A stretch of 64,000 nt of DNA from Methanochimaera problematica (GTDB lineage: Archaea > Halobacteriota > Methanomicrobia > Methanomicrobiales > Methanomicrobiaceae), in the NCBI RefSeq assembly GCF_032878975.1, contig NZ_CP043875.1, positions 734,370 through 798,369 on the forward strand. Reading direction: 5' to 3'. Each line of letters starts with the position of its first letter. Positions within the stretch are counted from its first letter, which is position 1. Under the pieces are notes generated by a model. The model did not search any database and had not been told where the DNA came from. It saw only the letters and a program-made list of their open reading frames with translations. A program made the position numbers and the translations under genes. Positions 21,244 to 30,854 of the stretch are shown here, piece after piece.

Positions 21244-22496
21244 GGTCTTTTACCTCTGGTTATTGCTAATACAATTTTTTCTGCTGTATTCATATCTCCA
21301 ATCTCTGCACAGCTGCGGATAGCAAAGGTGGCATCTGTCAGGAGTTTTTTTACCAATACTCTTGAAAAATCATCTACAATTTCATTTGTTTTTATTTCAG
21401 AACCCGAAAGCCGTGATAGTGCACGATCACGTTCACGGATACGTATTGCTTCTGCCCATGTATGGAGATCGGCCAAAGCTTCGTTTGCGGAAGCACGATT
21501 GATTAATGAAACAAATTTTTTCTCTTCTTCGAGTAAAAATTTTTCAGCAAGTTCCGCTTCGTGTCTTCTGCTGATTAAATTCTTTTCACTGACATTTTTG
21601 AGGTCATCGATTGTAAAAACCCTGACGCCTTCGATCGTTCTGACACTGTCTTCAATGTCTCTGGGCTGGGCTATATCAATTAATATCAGTGGTTTTGGTT
21701 TTTTGTCAAGAGGCCATACACGGTTTTTGATCGTTTCGGCAATGGGTTTGGCATGTATTATTGGGTGAGGTGCCGCAGTACATGATATGACAACATCTGA
21801 TAGGGATATGTAACGGTAGAGTTCGTCGAGCATGACTGCTTTGCCGCCAATTTCCTCTGCAAGTGTTTTGGCTGTTTCAAAGGTTCTGTTTGTTACATAT
21901 ATTGCTGTGAGCTTTTTTGCGGCAAGAGCCTGTGCAACAAGTTTTCCAATTTCCCCTCCTCCAACTACAAGGATATGACTTCCATCAAGTGATCCTAACA
22001 GCTCTTCTGCTAGTTCCACTGCTGCAGAGCCAATCGAAACGGCCCCATTATTAATGTTTGTCCGTTTTCTGACCTCAATTCCTGCATGAACCGCCTTGTT
22101 TATGCATAAGTCGAGAACCGGACTGCATACTCCGGAAGCCTGAGACAGGGAAAGCGCTTTTTTTAGCTGCCCTAAAATTTGATCTTCCCCTACTATCATT
22201 GAATCAATTCCTGCTGAAAGGTGGAGAAGATGATTGAGACAGGCACAGCCTTCAAGTGTCCAAAAGTTTTTTTTCCCTTTTTCTTCTAAAAAATGTTGCA
22301 GGGTTTCGGAATCACCCTGAACATAAATCTCAACCCTGTTGCATGTCTGGAGAAGGACAACGCCTTTGAAGTGTTCTCTTGCTTCCTGCAAAAATGCCTC
22401 TTCATCCGCAAATCTGAATTCTTCAAGACCTGTTACATCAGTTTCACGATGGGTAAGACCCGCACATGATACAGGAGTCAGTAATTCGTATTTCAT
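21213..22496 (-). CDS. hemA: Glutamyl-tRNA reductase
   Basis: An N-terminal catalytic domain (GLTHRETDV), an NADPH Rossmann motif (VVGGGEIGKLVA) and a C-terminal dimerisation helix. Confidence 0.85.
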   Translation of the reverse strand: MKYELLTPVSCAGLTHRETDVTGLEEFRFADEEAFLQEAREHFKGVVLLQTCNRVEIYVQGDSETLQHFLEEKGKKNFWTLEGCACLNHLLHLSAGIDSMIVGEDQILGQLKKALSLSQASGVCSPVLDLCINKAVHAGIEVRKRTNINNGAVSIGSAAVELAEELLGSLDGSHILVVGGGEIGKLVAQALAAKKLTAIYVTNRTFETAKTLAEEIGGKAVMLDELYRYISLSDVVISCTAAPHPIIHAKPIAETIKNRVWPLDKKPKPLILIDIAQPRDIEDSVRTIEGVRVFTIDDLKNVSEKNLISRRHEAELAEKFLLEEEKKFVSLINRASANEALADLHTWAEAIRIRERDRALSRLSGSEIKTNEIVDDFSRVLVKKLLTDATFAIRSCAEIGDMNTAEKIVLAITRGKRPCSPKEDLED

Positions 22497-23116
22497 TGAA
22501 GATATTTCCCTTTAATATATTTGATTGCAAAGTCTTTGTTTATTTCGAGTTCAGACCAGACTTTATCATCATAAATTATTTTTCTTAGTATTTCATTTCG
22601 TTTTTTCTGTTCAGGTATTGTAGTTTTAAGATATTCTCTTACTTCGTTTTGAAGTTCTATCATTCTGTCGATATTCGGGCATTTTTCTTCAATTAACAAA
22701 CGGATATATCTTGACATCCCCGGGCTTTTTCCTCCTGTTGAGATTGCGATTATATAGTTTTCTCCTGAGATTTTTGAAGGGATTATGATGTCTCCGGGTT
22801 CTCCGTCTGCATTGTTGAAATGGATTCCAAGTTCCTTTGCAAAAACTCCTATTCTGTTGTTAAGAGTTCTGTCGGATGTTGATGCGACAATGAGGACAGA
22901 ATCACCGATGACCTTTTTGATATCATCTTCAGAGGCGGTGTTCAGATCCATTTCAATGCATAAGACTCCCATGCGCTGAATTTCTTCAAGGTGCCGCCTG
23001 CTTACTACAACTACCTCTGCTTCGGGGTAAAAGTATGCGGCTTTTCTGAAACCTACATCCCCTCCGCCAAAGATGACTATGCGTTTACCTTTCATTTCAT
23101 GGATGAGAGGAATCAT
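22493..23116 (-). CDS. sirC: Precorrin-2 dehydrogenase / sirohydrochlorin ferrochelatase-like protein (siroheme synthase N-terminal domain homologue)
   Basis: A Rossmann motif (IVIFGGGDVGFRKA) with ~200 aa size. It is the first gene of the hem operon. Confidence 0.7.
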   Translation of the reverse strand: MIPLIHEMKGKRIVIFGGGDVGFRKAAYFYPEAEVVVVSRRHLEEIQRMGVLCIEMDLNTASEDDIKKVIGDSVLIVASTSDRTLNNRIGVFAKELGIHFNNADGEPGDIIIPSKISGENYIIAISTGGKSPGMSRYIRLLIEEKCPNIDRMIELQNEVREYLKTTIPEQKKRNEILRKIIYDDKVWSELEINKDFAIKYIKGKYLQ

Positions 23117-23323
23117 AAAAATATGATTTGTATGCTCTAAATTTAAAACTATGTCCCAATATCCTGTTTTATTGGAATAACAAATTTGCTGAAATAAAAA
23201 ACGACTAATATAGTGAGATATATTTTATTAAAGGGCGTCACGGACGATTTCGATACATTTATAAGTTCGGGTGGTGTATATTGTAGAGCACCACGCGTGA
23301 GAGAAACACACGCGATAAGATGT

Positions 23324-23395
23324 GCGCCGATAGTGTAGTGGTTATCACTAGGCGTTGCCAACGCCTAAACTCGAGTTCGAATCTCGGTCGGCGCA
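23324..23395 (+). tRNA. tRNA-Gly (anticodon GCC)
   Basis: GCGCCGATAGTGTAGTGGTTATCACTAGGCGTTGCCAACGCCTAAACTCGAGTTCGAATCTCGGTCGGCGCA folds as a cloverleaf. The anticodon loop is TTGCCAA. Confidence 0.85.
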
Positions 23396-23697
23396 TTAAG
23401 CAGTCTGAAAGCAGAAATTGCTTTCAATTTTTTTTATTTTCATTTACTGTAATTTTTTAATGTGGTTCTAGACGAATATTGGGTATATCCGTTTTGCATT
23501 AAAAATTTGTGTCGTCCCTTTTTTGAGATTCTGATGAATTTTCGTTAAAATCAATAAGCTTTGAATATTTTCTGTTTGAATTCAGATTTCATACTAATCA
23601 CATTTTTTTATTACCAAATATTTCATCAGGTTTCGGGCCTTAATGGTTGTAACAATAATTGGGTGGTGCCTGAAGTTGTGGGGGATGTTTTGATAAT

Positions 23698-24516
23698 ATG
23701 AATGAGAATTTTCAGATTTGTCCGGTTGTTCTGGTTCATGGGTGGAGGAGTCATCCCGGTATATGGGAAAAGCTTGAGGAAAAGCTTTTGGAGAAATCAA
23801 TTCCCTGTTGGAACTTTAGCCATGTGGCAATGGCTGATAAACATCCTGAAATGATTGCTTTTTCCTTAATGAAATATATCTGTGATATGAGGGAGATGCA
23901 TCACTATGATGGTTACATAGATATTGTATCACACTCGATGGGCGCGGGTATTGCAAGGTATATGCTTGAAGTAATCGACGGTGAAGATAAGTCGGAAAAA
24001 ATTCGTCAGATGATTGGAATCGGTCCTCCGAATAATGGTTCTTCCATGGCTGAACTGTTTTGCAGCGGGGAACGTGGCAGGAGAATAATGAAGAGGCTTG
24101 AAGGGGTATTTGTTCCAAAAAATTTTGACCCTCTCAATGACCCTATTGTCCAGGAATTCCGTCCAGGAAGTAAAACTGTTTGCAGGCTCAAATCGGGAAA
24201 TCTTAGGGATGATATAATATACCGGGTAATTTTAACCTCGAATGTATCCGGGAATCCTAAATTATTGCCTGATTTTAATGGGAAAACCTGGGAATTATAT
24301 GGTTTGGGCAAATGGCGGATGACTTATTTTGGTGACGGGATTGTTCCACATTCAGATTCTTATCTGGAAGGTGCAGAAACTGAAATTCTTCCTTTTGATT
24401 CTGAAAGACTGGATATGAATCCCTTTGATTATTCTCATATGATGCTTCCCAAAAATCCTGAGGTAATTGATCAAATAATAAAATACGTTACTGTCCCTGA
24501 ATATTCGTCAAAATAA
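23698..24516 (+). CDS. Alpha/beta-hydrolase (lipase/esterase class 2-like)
   Basis: A nucleophile elbow (SHSMG, GxSxG) and the N-terminal VVLVHGW oxyanion region. Confidence 0.6.
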   Translation: MNENFQICPVVLVHGWRSHPGIWEKLEEKLLEKSIPCWNFSHVAMADKHPEMIAFSLMKYICDMREMHHYDGYIDIVSHSMGAGIARYMLEVIDGEDKSEKIRQMIGIGPPNNGSSMAELFCSGERGRRIMKRLEGVFVPKNFDPLNDPIVQEFRPGSKTVCRLKSGNLRDDIIYRVILTSNVSGNPKLLPDFNGKTWELYGLGKWRMTYFGDGIVPHSDSYLEGAETEILPFDSERLDMNPFDYSHMMLPKNPEVIDQIIKYVTVPEYSSK

Positions 24517-24729
24517 TATTTTTAATGGATTTAGTTATCGGTTATGAGATATTTATCAGATTTTATTTGATAATTCAGACTTTTCGTGAATTAAATCCGG
24601 AAATATAATCTGCACTATTTCCGTGTCCGGAAATAATTAATAATTTCACTTTTTTTTTAAATGAATTAATTTTCATCTATTTGTACAAAAAATTTTAAAT
24701 TATATTATTGTGTCCTATAGGACTGGTGA

Positions 24730-24981
24730 TTGATTATGGAAGTTGGTCCTGGGGAAATGGAAGAAAGAGAAAAAATAGTTCTTTCGATGTGTACATGTAA
24801 ATCCTGTCCGAGTTTTGAAGATTGCGGTGAAAATGGGGGATTTTGTTTTCCGACTATAGGTAAAAGTTCCTGCATAAAAACAGAAAATGGTTGTATTTGT
24901 GGCGGTTGTCCGGTATATGAGAAGATGGGGCTTAAAAATATCTATTTCTGCATCAGGGGATCAGAAAAAGAGCAGTCCTGA
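24730..24981 (+). CDS. Small cysteine-rich protein (DUF2769-like)
   Basis: Twelve Cys in 83 aa (CTCKSCPSFEDCG...CICGGCP). It lies 26 nt upstream of the rubredoxin-GltB gene. Confidence 0.5.
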   Translation: MIMEVGPGEMEEREKIVLSMCTCKSCPSFEDCGENGGFCFPTIGKSSCIKTENGCICGGCPVYEKMGLKNIYFCIRGSEKEQS

Positions 24982-25006
24982 ATTTAAAATTTTTTGGTGG
25001 TTTTAA

Positions 25007-26494
25007 GTGTCACATTATCGGTGTAACGTATGCAGGGTTTTTGAATATGATTCAGAAAGAGGAGACTCTGTAACAAATATTAAACCCGGGACTCTCCCTT
25101 TGGATTTTCCCGATGATTGGAGGTGTCCGATATGTCATTCAAAAAAAACACATCTTGAAAAACTCGAAGAAACTAAACATTTTAAGAGATCTGTTCATAC
25201 AATTACATGTCCTGTTTGTGGTGCAAAAACTGAAATTACAATTGCAAATCCTGAATTGTCTGATGTGGGGGGTTATCTTGGTGACTGGCGGCGTGGTTCT
25301 GATGAAATAGAAAATTCTATGGAAATCATTCATAAAATATCTGCTAATGGTGAATCAGTTATTGAACCAATGCGATCCCGTAAATCTAACATTTTGTGGG
25401 ATGATATTTTAATTTTGGGTGCACAGCTCAAAAAGATTCCTTTAAACCATAATGCCTTCGTATCAACGAAAACCATAATCGGCCCTAAGGCTTTAAAACC
25501 TCTGATTATTGAAACTCCTATAATAATTACTCACATGTCTTTTGGTGCTCTTTCTAAGGAAATGAAACTGGCACTTGCAAAAGGCAGCAGTGGTGCAAAG
25601 ACTGCGATAGGTTCTGGTGAAGGTGGTATTCTAAAAGAAGAATTTGAAAATTCATATAAATATATATTTGAATATGTACCCAATGGCTATAGTGTAACAG
25701 ATGATAATCTGAAAAAAGTTGATGCTGTTGAAATAAAAATTGGTCAGTCTGCAAAACCCGGCATGGGGGGGGAAATTCCTGCCGAGAAGGTAACTGCTGA
25801 GATTGCTAATATAAGGGGATTTCCTCAGGGAACTGATATAATAAGTCCTGCAAATTATGAGGACATAAAAACAGGGGATGATCTGAAAAGAAAGGTTGAC
25901 TGGCTAAGGGAAAAATCCGGCGGGAAGCCTATTGGCATAAAACTCGCAGCTGGAAACATTGAAGGTGATCTGGAGGTTGCTGTATATGCCTGCCCTGATT
26001 TCATAACGGTTGATGGAAGGCCGGGTGCAACCGGTGCTGCAAAAAAAATTATAAAAGATGCAACGTCTGTTCCTACAATATATGCATTATACCGTGCCCG
26101 GAAATATCTTGATTTTGTTGGGGCAGCGGATATATCGCTGATTATTACCGGAGGGTTGAGGATATCCTCTGATTTTGCAAAAGCAATAGCGATTGGTGCC
26201 GATGCTGTGGCAATAGGGACTTCTGCACTTATGTCTGCAGCATGTCAGCAATACAGGCTTTGTGATACGGGAAAATGTCCGGTAGGAGTTACAACACAGA
26301 GTGCAGAGCTCAGAAAAAGGCTTAAGGTTGATATTTCAGCGAAAAAAGTAGAGAATTTTTTACAGGTTTCAACAGAGGAGCTGAAAGAATTTTCCCGTCT
26401 TACTGGTAATAATGATGTTCATGAAATGTCAGTATTGGATCTTTGTACGACAAGCTCGGAAATTTCAGAAAATACCAATATTCCACACGTATAA
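25007..26494 (+). CDS. Rubredoxin domain fused to a glutamate synthase large-subunit FMN-binding domain-2 homologue (archaeal GltB-like)
   Basis: An N-terminal rubredoxin (CNVCRV...WRCPICHS), then a GltS FMN/Fe-S central-domain signature (TPIIITHMSFGALSKE...GSGEGG...ITVDGRPGATGAA...GGLR). Confidence 0.75.
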   Translation: MSHYRCNVCRVFEYDSERGDSVTNIKPGTLPLDFPDDWRCPICHSKKTHLEKLEETKHFKRSVHTITCPVCGAKTEITIANPELSDVGGYLGDWRRGSDEIENSMEIIHKISANGESVIEPMRSRKSNILWDDILILGAQLKKIPLNHNAFVSTKTIIGPKALKPLIIETPIIITHMSFGALSKEMKLALAKGSSGAKTAIGSGEGGILKEEFENSYKYIFEYVPNGYSVTDDNLKKVDAVEIKIGQSAKPGMGGEIPAEKVTAEIANIRGFPQGTDIISPANYEDIKTGDDLKRKVDWLREKSGGKPIGIKLAAGNIEGDLEVAVYACPDFITVDGRPGATGAAKKIIKDATSVPTIYALYRARKYLDFVGAADISLIITGGLRISSDFAKAIAIGADAVAIGTSALMSAACQQYRLCDTGKCPVGVTTQSAELRKRLKVDISAKKVENFLQVSTEELKEFSRLTGNNDVHEMSVLDLCTTSSEISENTNIPHV

Positions 26495-26627
26495 GTGATT
26501 GTAGATTCCGATAAAAATTATATAATTATTCTCATTTCAGCCCTGGTGGTCGGATAATTATGAGTTTTTTTACACTGAGGTGTGGAAAACCATTTTTTGT
26601 TTATGAAACATAATTTATGTACTATAA

Positions 26628-27017
26628 ATGAATTGTATAAATGAAGTCCCGACTCCTGAAAATTTTGATGCTATTATAAAATATCTGCCTGTTCTGGAGG
26701 ATATGTCAATATATGATAATAACAGGGATGAAATAGAAAAAAATGGCAGTTGCGATGAAATACTGGATCTTGTAAAATGCCTTTATTATAATAACTGGCT
26801 AATCAACTCGCGATGGCAGGAATGGACGTCTGAAGCTGAATTATATTTTGGCAAACCTGAATTATTGAATGATGCCGGCATTGAATCTTTAAGAAGAATT
26901 TTGACAGTCCATGTAAGGATTGATCGTTTATTCCCTGGTGAAATTGCAGACCTGATTAAGAGGGGTTATCTACTTTGCATAATTAGAAGAATATCCAGTT
27001 TGAAAGATTCAAATTAA
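26628..27017 (+). CDS. Hypothetical protein
   Basis: ORF with coding-like composition and no recognised motif. Confidence 0.35.
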   Translation: MNCINEVPTPENFDAIIKYLPVLEDMSIYDNNRDEIEKNGSCDEILDLVKCLYYNNWLINSRWQEWTSEAELYFGKPELLNDAGIESLRRILTVHVRIDRLFPGEIADLIKRGYLLCIIRRISSLKDSN

Positions 27018-27243
27018 AATAAAAATTAATATAATATTTTTAAAGCCCATGTAATGAATAAAATCTTATTTTGGTATGTAATTAAAAATCTGAACCTGTT
27101 AAATTTTCTTCACCTTGTTACAATTTAATCCGTTAATTATACTTTATTTTGAACCATACCTTCAATATATGCCTTTAATTTATGCATTGCATATTCGAGT
27201 TGCATTTAGAAATTATTATAGGCAAAAAAAAGCGAAATCTTTT

Positions 27244-27588
27244 ATGAAAAAAATTGCATTAGCTATTGGTGCTTTTATGATGATTGCTGCAACTCTTTTC
27301 GTTGCAGGCTGCATGGGTCCTGATCCTATTGTTGGTCAGTGGAAAGAATACTCAATTCCTCTTGTATCGATTGAATCAAATTTTTATGAGGATGGAACAT
27401 TCATGCTCTCTGTAAATGGTGTCGGAACAGAGGGTAAGTGGATAAATAAGGAAAAAAACCTTTATGATCTTGACTTTGGGGTTGGCAATCCAATCACCGG
27501 CAGAGTCAGTGATGATGGCAAAAAATTGACTTTCGAGTATGAAATTCTTAGTAAAAATATTGGACTTTCACTTGAAAAAATGCCGTGA
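27244..27588 (+). CDS. Small secreted lipoprotein-like protein
   Basis: A signal peptide with a lipobox-like Cys (MKKIALAIGAFMMIAATLFVAGC). The start is an internal Met of ORF 27115-27588. Confidence 0.5.
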   Translation: MKKIALAIGAFMMIAATLFVAGCMGPDPIVGQWKEYSIPLVSIESNFYEDGTFMLSVNGVGTEGKWINKEKNLYDLDFGVGNPITGRVSDDGKKLTFEYEILSKNIGLSLEKMP

Positions 27589-27663
27589 TTATATTATTTA
27601 AATCACATATTTTCTCTAACTATTTTACGATAAATTTATATCTTAAAAAATTGCGCTATATAT

Positions 27664-28017
27664 ATGAAAGTATGGATCATATCTGTTCTTATTCTTATAT
27701 TCTCATTAAGTGTGTTGATTTCCGGATGTACTGCTCAAAATGAGGTTGTTTATGATCAAACAGTCACTATACCTGATGGTCAGGATATCGAATATGATCT
27801 CCTGCAGGGAACTTACAAGATAACGATCACATCTGACACTGATATTGATATACTCTTTGATACTGCATCAAATTATGATGAAAAAGGTACAAAGAGCTTT
27901 AGCAAAGATGTTGTCCTGAATGGCGATACTAAAATGACTGTAAAAAACTGGGCATTAATTGGTCTTGGTTCTGAAGCTATTGTTCAGGTTCTGGTTGTAA
28001 AGAATCCTACTAATTAA
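27664..28017 (+). CDS. Small secreted protein
   Basis: A signal peptide with a Cys (VLISGC) followed by a beta-rich domain. Confidence 0.5.
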   Translation: MKVWIISVLILIFSLSVLISGCTAQNEVVYDQTVTIPDGQDIEYDLLQGTYKITITSDTDIDILFDTASNYDEKGTKSFSKDVVLNGDTKMTVKNWALIGLGSEAIVQVLVVKNPTN

Positions 28018-28090
28018 ATTCAAAAATTTTATATCTTTGTGCTTAAAGTCAACTTCAAAAAGTTTATTTACTAATTAAAAATAAATTTAT

Positions 28091-28861
28091 TTGATGTCAA
28101 ATTTTGCATGCCCAAAGTGTGGTGCGCCAGTGAATGTCGATACAGGCATTCATTTTTTAAAGTGCAAATACTGTGATACTACGGTTTTTGTTGACAGAAG
28201 TGGCATTATGTTTTACTATGCCCTTCCTTTTTTCATTGACGATGAAAAGGCAAAAGGTGTATTCCGCAGATGGACTGCAAATGCTCAGGTTGACAAGGAA
28301 CTTGAAACAAAAGGTAAAATTTTAAGCATAGATAAGCAGTATTTCCCTGTTTATCAGTTTAAGAGGGATGAAAACGGAAAAGAGAAGATATATGTAAAGC
28401 CTGCCAAAGGGACAGTTCTTCCCGGAATGAATAAACTGATTATTCCCGGTGGCGACATAAAAATCTTTGATTCATCGTTTAATCCCGGAAATGCAAAAGT
28501 TCTTGATGTTGATTTTGGCATGGATGCTTACCTTCCGGAAATTTCCGGTGAAGGAAAAGAGCAGGCACTTGTTTACTTTCCTATCTATGAGGTTTCGTAT
28601 GAATTCAATGGTGAAACTTACAAGGCTGTCATCGATGGATCTTCAGGTAAAGTCTACGCTTCAAATTATCCTACGCGGTCATCAGTTCCATATGGACTTG
28701 TAGCATTTGGAGGATTCGGTCTTGCTTTTGTTGGAGGATTTCTTGGAATTACAGTGTCTGTAATATTCTATGTTCTTGTTGCATTTGCTTTCTTCTTAGG
28801 CTATTATTTTGGAAACAAGGTTACCAAAAAGGTTACATCTGAAAAATCAGGGGTGATTTAA
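28091..28861 (+). CDS. Zinc-ribbon membrane protein, paralogue A (YdjG-like?)
   Basis: An N-terminal CPKCG...CKYC zinc ribbon, a repeated Y-x-P-[FIL]-[WY] motif and AVIDGSSGKV, and two C-terminal TM helices. Confidence 0.65.
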   Translation: MMSNFACPKCGAPVNVDTGIHFLKCKYCDTTVFVDRSGIMFYYALPFFIDDEKAKGVFRRWTANAQVDKELETKGKILSIDKQYFPVYQFKRDENGKEKIYVKPAKGTVLPGMNKLIIPGGDIKIFDSSFNPGNAKVLDVDFGMDAYLPEISGEGKEQALVYFPIYEVSYEFNGETYKAVIDGSSGKVYASNYPTRSSVPYGLVAFGGFGLAFVGGFLGITVSVIFYVLVAFAFFLGYYFGNKVTKKVTSEKSGVI

Positions 28862-29875
28862 TTGAGTGAACGAATTGTTTTCGGGATGAATTGTCCTTCC
28901 TGTGGAGGAAGGGTTGAGGTTGAAGAAGGGGAACAGCTTGTGCTTTGCCCTTTCTGCCATAGTGCTCATTCGCTTGAAAGTAAGGATGGAATATCCAAGT
29001 TCATGTACAAAATTGTTATTGACAAAGACGAGGCTCTAAAAACAGTCAAATACTGGTTTACAAACAATTTTAAAGCACGTGATCTGCCTGAAAAAGGAGA
29101 AATCACAGAAGTGTATTCTGTTTATCTCCCGTTCTGGCGTCTTTTTGGAAGAGGTAAAGCCATTGTCTGCGGTTATTCCGAGGACAAGGATGATGAGGGA
29201 CATAAAAGTAAAACCAATTACAACAATATCTGGGATAGTGATTATGTCTATACGCAGATTGCATGTGATGCGGGGGACATAGGTGTTTCATATCTGAGAA
29301 ATCTTAAGGGAGAGATTATTCCCTATGAAGAGGAGGAGATTCCTACTTTTGAGGCTACAGAGTCAAAGACAGATGCAGAAGAGGCAGGAAAGATTAAAAT
29401 TCAGGATCTAACATATCAAAATGGAAAGGGTAACATTGAAAAAGTAACTTTTTCAAAGGTTTTTGTTGATACAAAGGCATTTGAGTTGATTTTTTATCCT
29501 TTATGGGTCGTAAGGTACGACTATTTTGAAAAAGATTATTTTGCAGTGATCGATGGAGTCACGGGAGATGTTTTATCCGGAAGAGCACCCGGAGATCCTT
29601 ATTATCAGAGTCTTTCAATCGGTGCAGGTGGTTCTATTGGCGGTTTAATAACAGGCATAGGTCTTGGATATTCGCTATTGGAAGGAAGTGGTCTTTTTGT
29701 AGCAACGTCAATTGTTGGCCTTTCTGTTTTATATCTCTGCTATAATCAGTTCAGATATAAATCTGAGATTATATCCGGTGATCTTCAGCAGCCATCCTTT
29801 AATCTGTTTAAAAAAGCTGCAAATGCATCTCCTTACGGACAACAGAATAATGTTGAAATTGTATTGAGGAAATAA
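28862..29875 (+). CDS. Zinc-ribbon membrane protein, paralogue B
   Basis: A CPSCGG...CPFCHS ribbon, YLPFW / FYPLW motifs, AVIDGVTGDV, and C-terminal TM helices. The start may be the ATG at 28886. Confidence 0.65.
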   Translation: MSERIVFGMNCPSCGGRVEVEEGEQLVLCPFCHSAHSLESKDGISKFMYKIVIDKDEALKTVKYWFTNNFKARDLPEKGEITEVYSVYLPFWRLFGRGKAIVCGYSEDKDDEGHKSKTNYNNIWDSDYVYTQIACDAGDIGVSYLRNLKGEIIPYEEEEIPTFEATESKTDAEEAGKIKIQDLTYQNGKGNIEKVTFSKVFVDTKAFELIFYPLWVVRYDYFEKDYFAVIDGVTGDVLSGRAPGDPYYQSLSIGAGGSIGGLITGIGLGYSLLEGSGLFVATSIVGLSVLYLCYNQFRYKSEIISGDLQQPSFNLFKKAANASPYGQQNNVEIVLRK

Positions 29876-29877
29876 TT

Positions 29878-30465
29878 ATGGTGTCCTTAAAGACTCTTAA
29901 ATGCACAAACTGTGGAAATCCTCTGACTTCAAAAGAAAAGGATAAAATCTTTGTTTGCAGTAAATGTCAGAATATCATGGAATTTCTGGATGGGGACGTC
30001 AAAAAGGTTGAAAGTACCATTGCACGTTTTAATAAGTCCGGAAACTCAGAGAAGGTTTACATGCCGTTCTGGGTGGTAAATACTGACATAAAGGTAAACT
30101 CAGAGAAGATTGTCGGCGGAAGGGTGATGAGATTTTTGAAAAGTGAGAAAAAAATGTCTGGGAACCAGGATCTTTATGTATGTGCCGCAGACATATCTCC
30201 TGATATTGTAAAGGGATGGAATGTTGAATTCACACTTCGGCCTCCTGCAATAGAGGAGGAGGACAATTTTCAGGGAATCCCCCGTGTGCCTGCATTTATC
30301 GACAATCATGGTGCAAAACAGCATTCCGAGTTTATGTTTCTGAGACATGAAGCTGAAATATCGGGTACACTGCAGAAGATAGACTACGATTTTAACATAA
30401 ATTCTTATAGAATTGTTTATGTACCGTTTTATAAAAATAAAAATAAATATCAGGTAGGAATTTAA
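29878..30465 (+). CDS. Zinc-ribbon protein, paralogue C (soluble)
   Basis: A CTNCGN...CSKCQN ribbon with YMPFW / YVPFY motifs and no TM segment. Confidence 0.6.
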   Translation: MVSLKTLKCTNCGNPLTSKEKDKIFVCSKCQNIMEFLDGDVKKVESTIARFNKSGNSEKVYMPFWVVNTDIKVNSEKIVGGRVMRFLKSEKKMSGNQDLYVCAADISPDIVKGWNVEFTLRPPAIEEEDNFQGIPRVPAFIDNHGAKQHSEFMFLRHEAEISGTLQKIDYDFNINSYRIVYVPFYKNKNKYQVGI

Positions 30466-30479
30466 AGAGGTTTATTATT

Positions 30480-30815
30480 ATGAATGAAGATGACAAGCGT
30501 TTTCAAATGGGCTGGGGTGCAGTTGCCCTCATGTTCGGTGTATCGTTATTAGTCGGATGGTTTTCCAACTGGGATATGAATTATACTGTTGCTGTATTCT
30601 TCCTTGGTCTTGCAATGATCCTTGGGGTAATGGCATTTGGTATAGGTGAGAAAAACATTTATCTTATGGGTTTTTCCGGATTATTGGGATTTATTGGGGT
30701 TGTTTCAATACTGACACGTCCGGCAGGGCCTGATGTTCCTATTGCCCCCCTGTTTGGAGGGATTGTTGTAGGAGCAGCTCTTGCATTTATGGTGTATACC
30801 TATTCCAGAAAATAA
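30480..30815 (+). CDS. Small integral membrane protein (3 TM)
   Basis: Hydrophobic helices. It is tightly linked within the zinc-ribbon/SPFH cluster. Confidence 0.55.
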   Translation: MNEDDKRFQMGWGAVALMFGVSLLVGWFSNWDMNYTVAVFFLGLAMILGVMAFGIGEKNIYLMGFSGLLGFIGVVSILTRPAGPDVPIAPLFGGIVVGAALAFMVYTYSRK

Positions 30816-30854
30816 TCTGGTTTCTTTTTTAATTTTTTAGGAGGACTTAATCAT

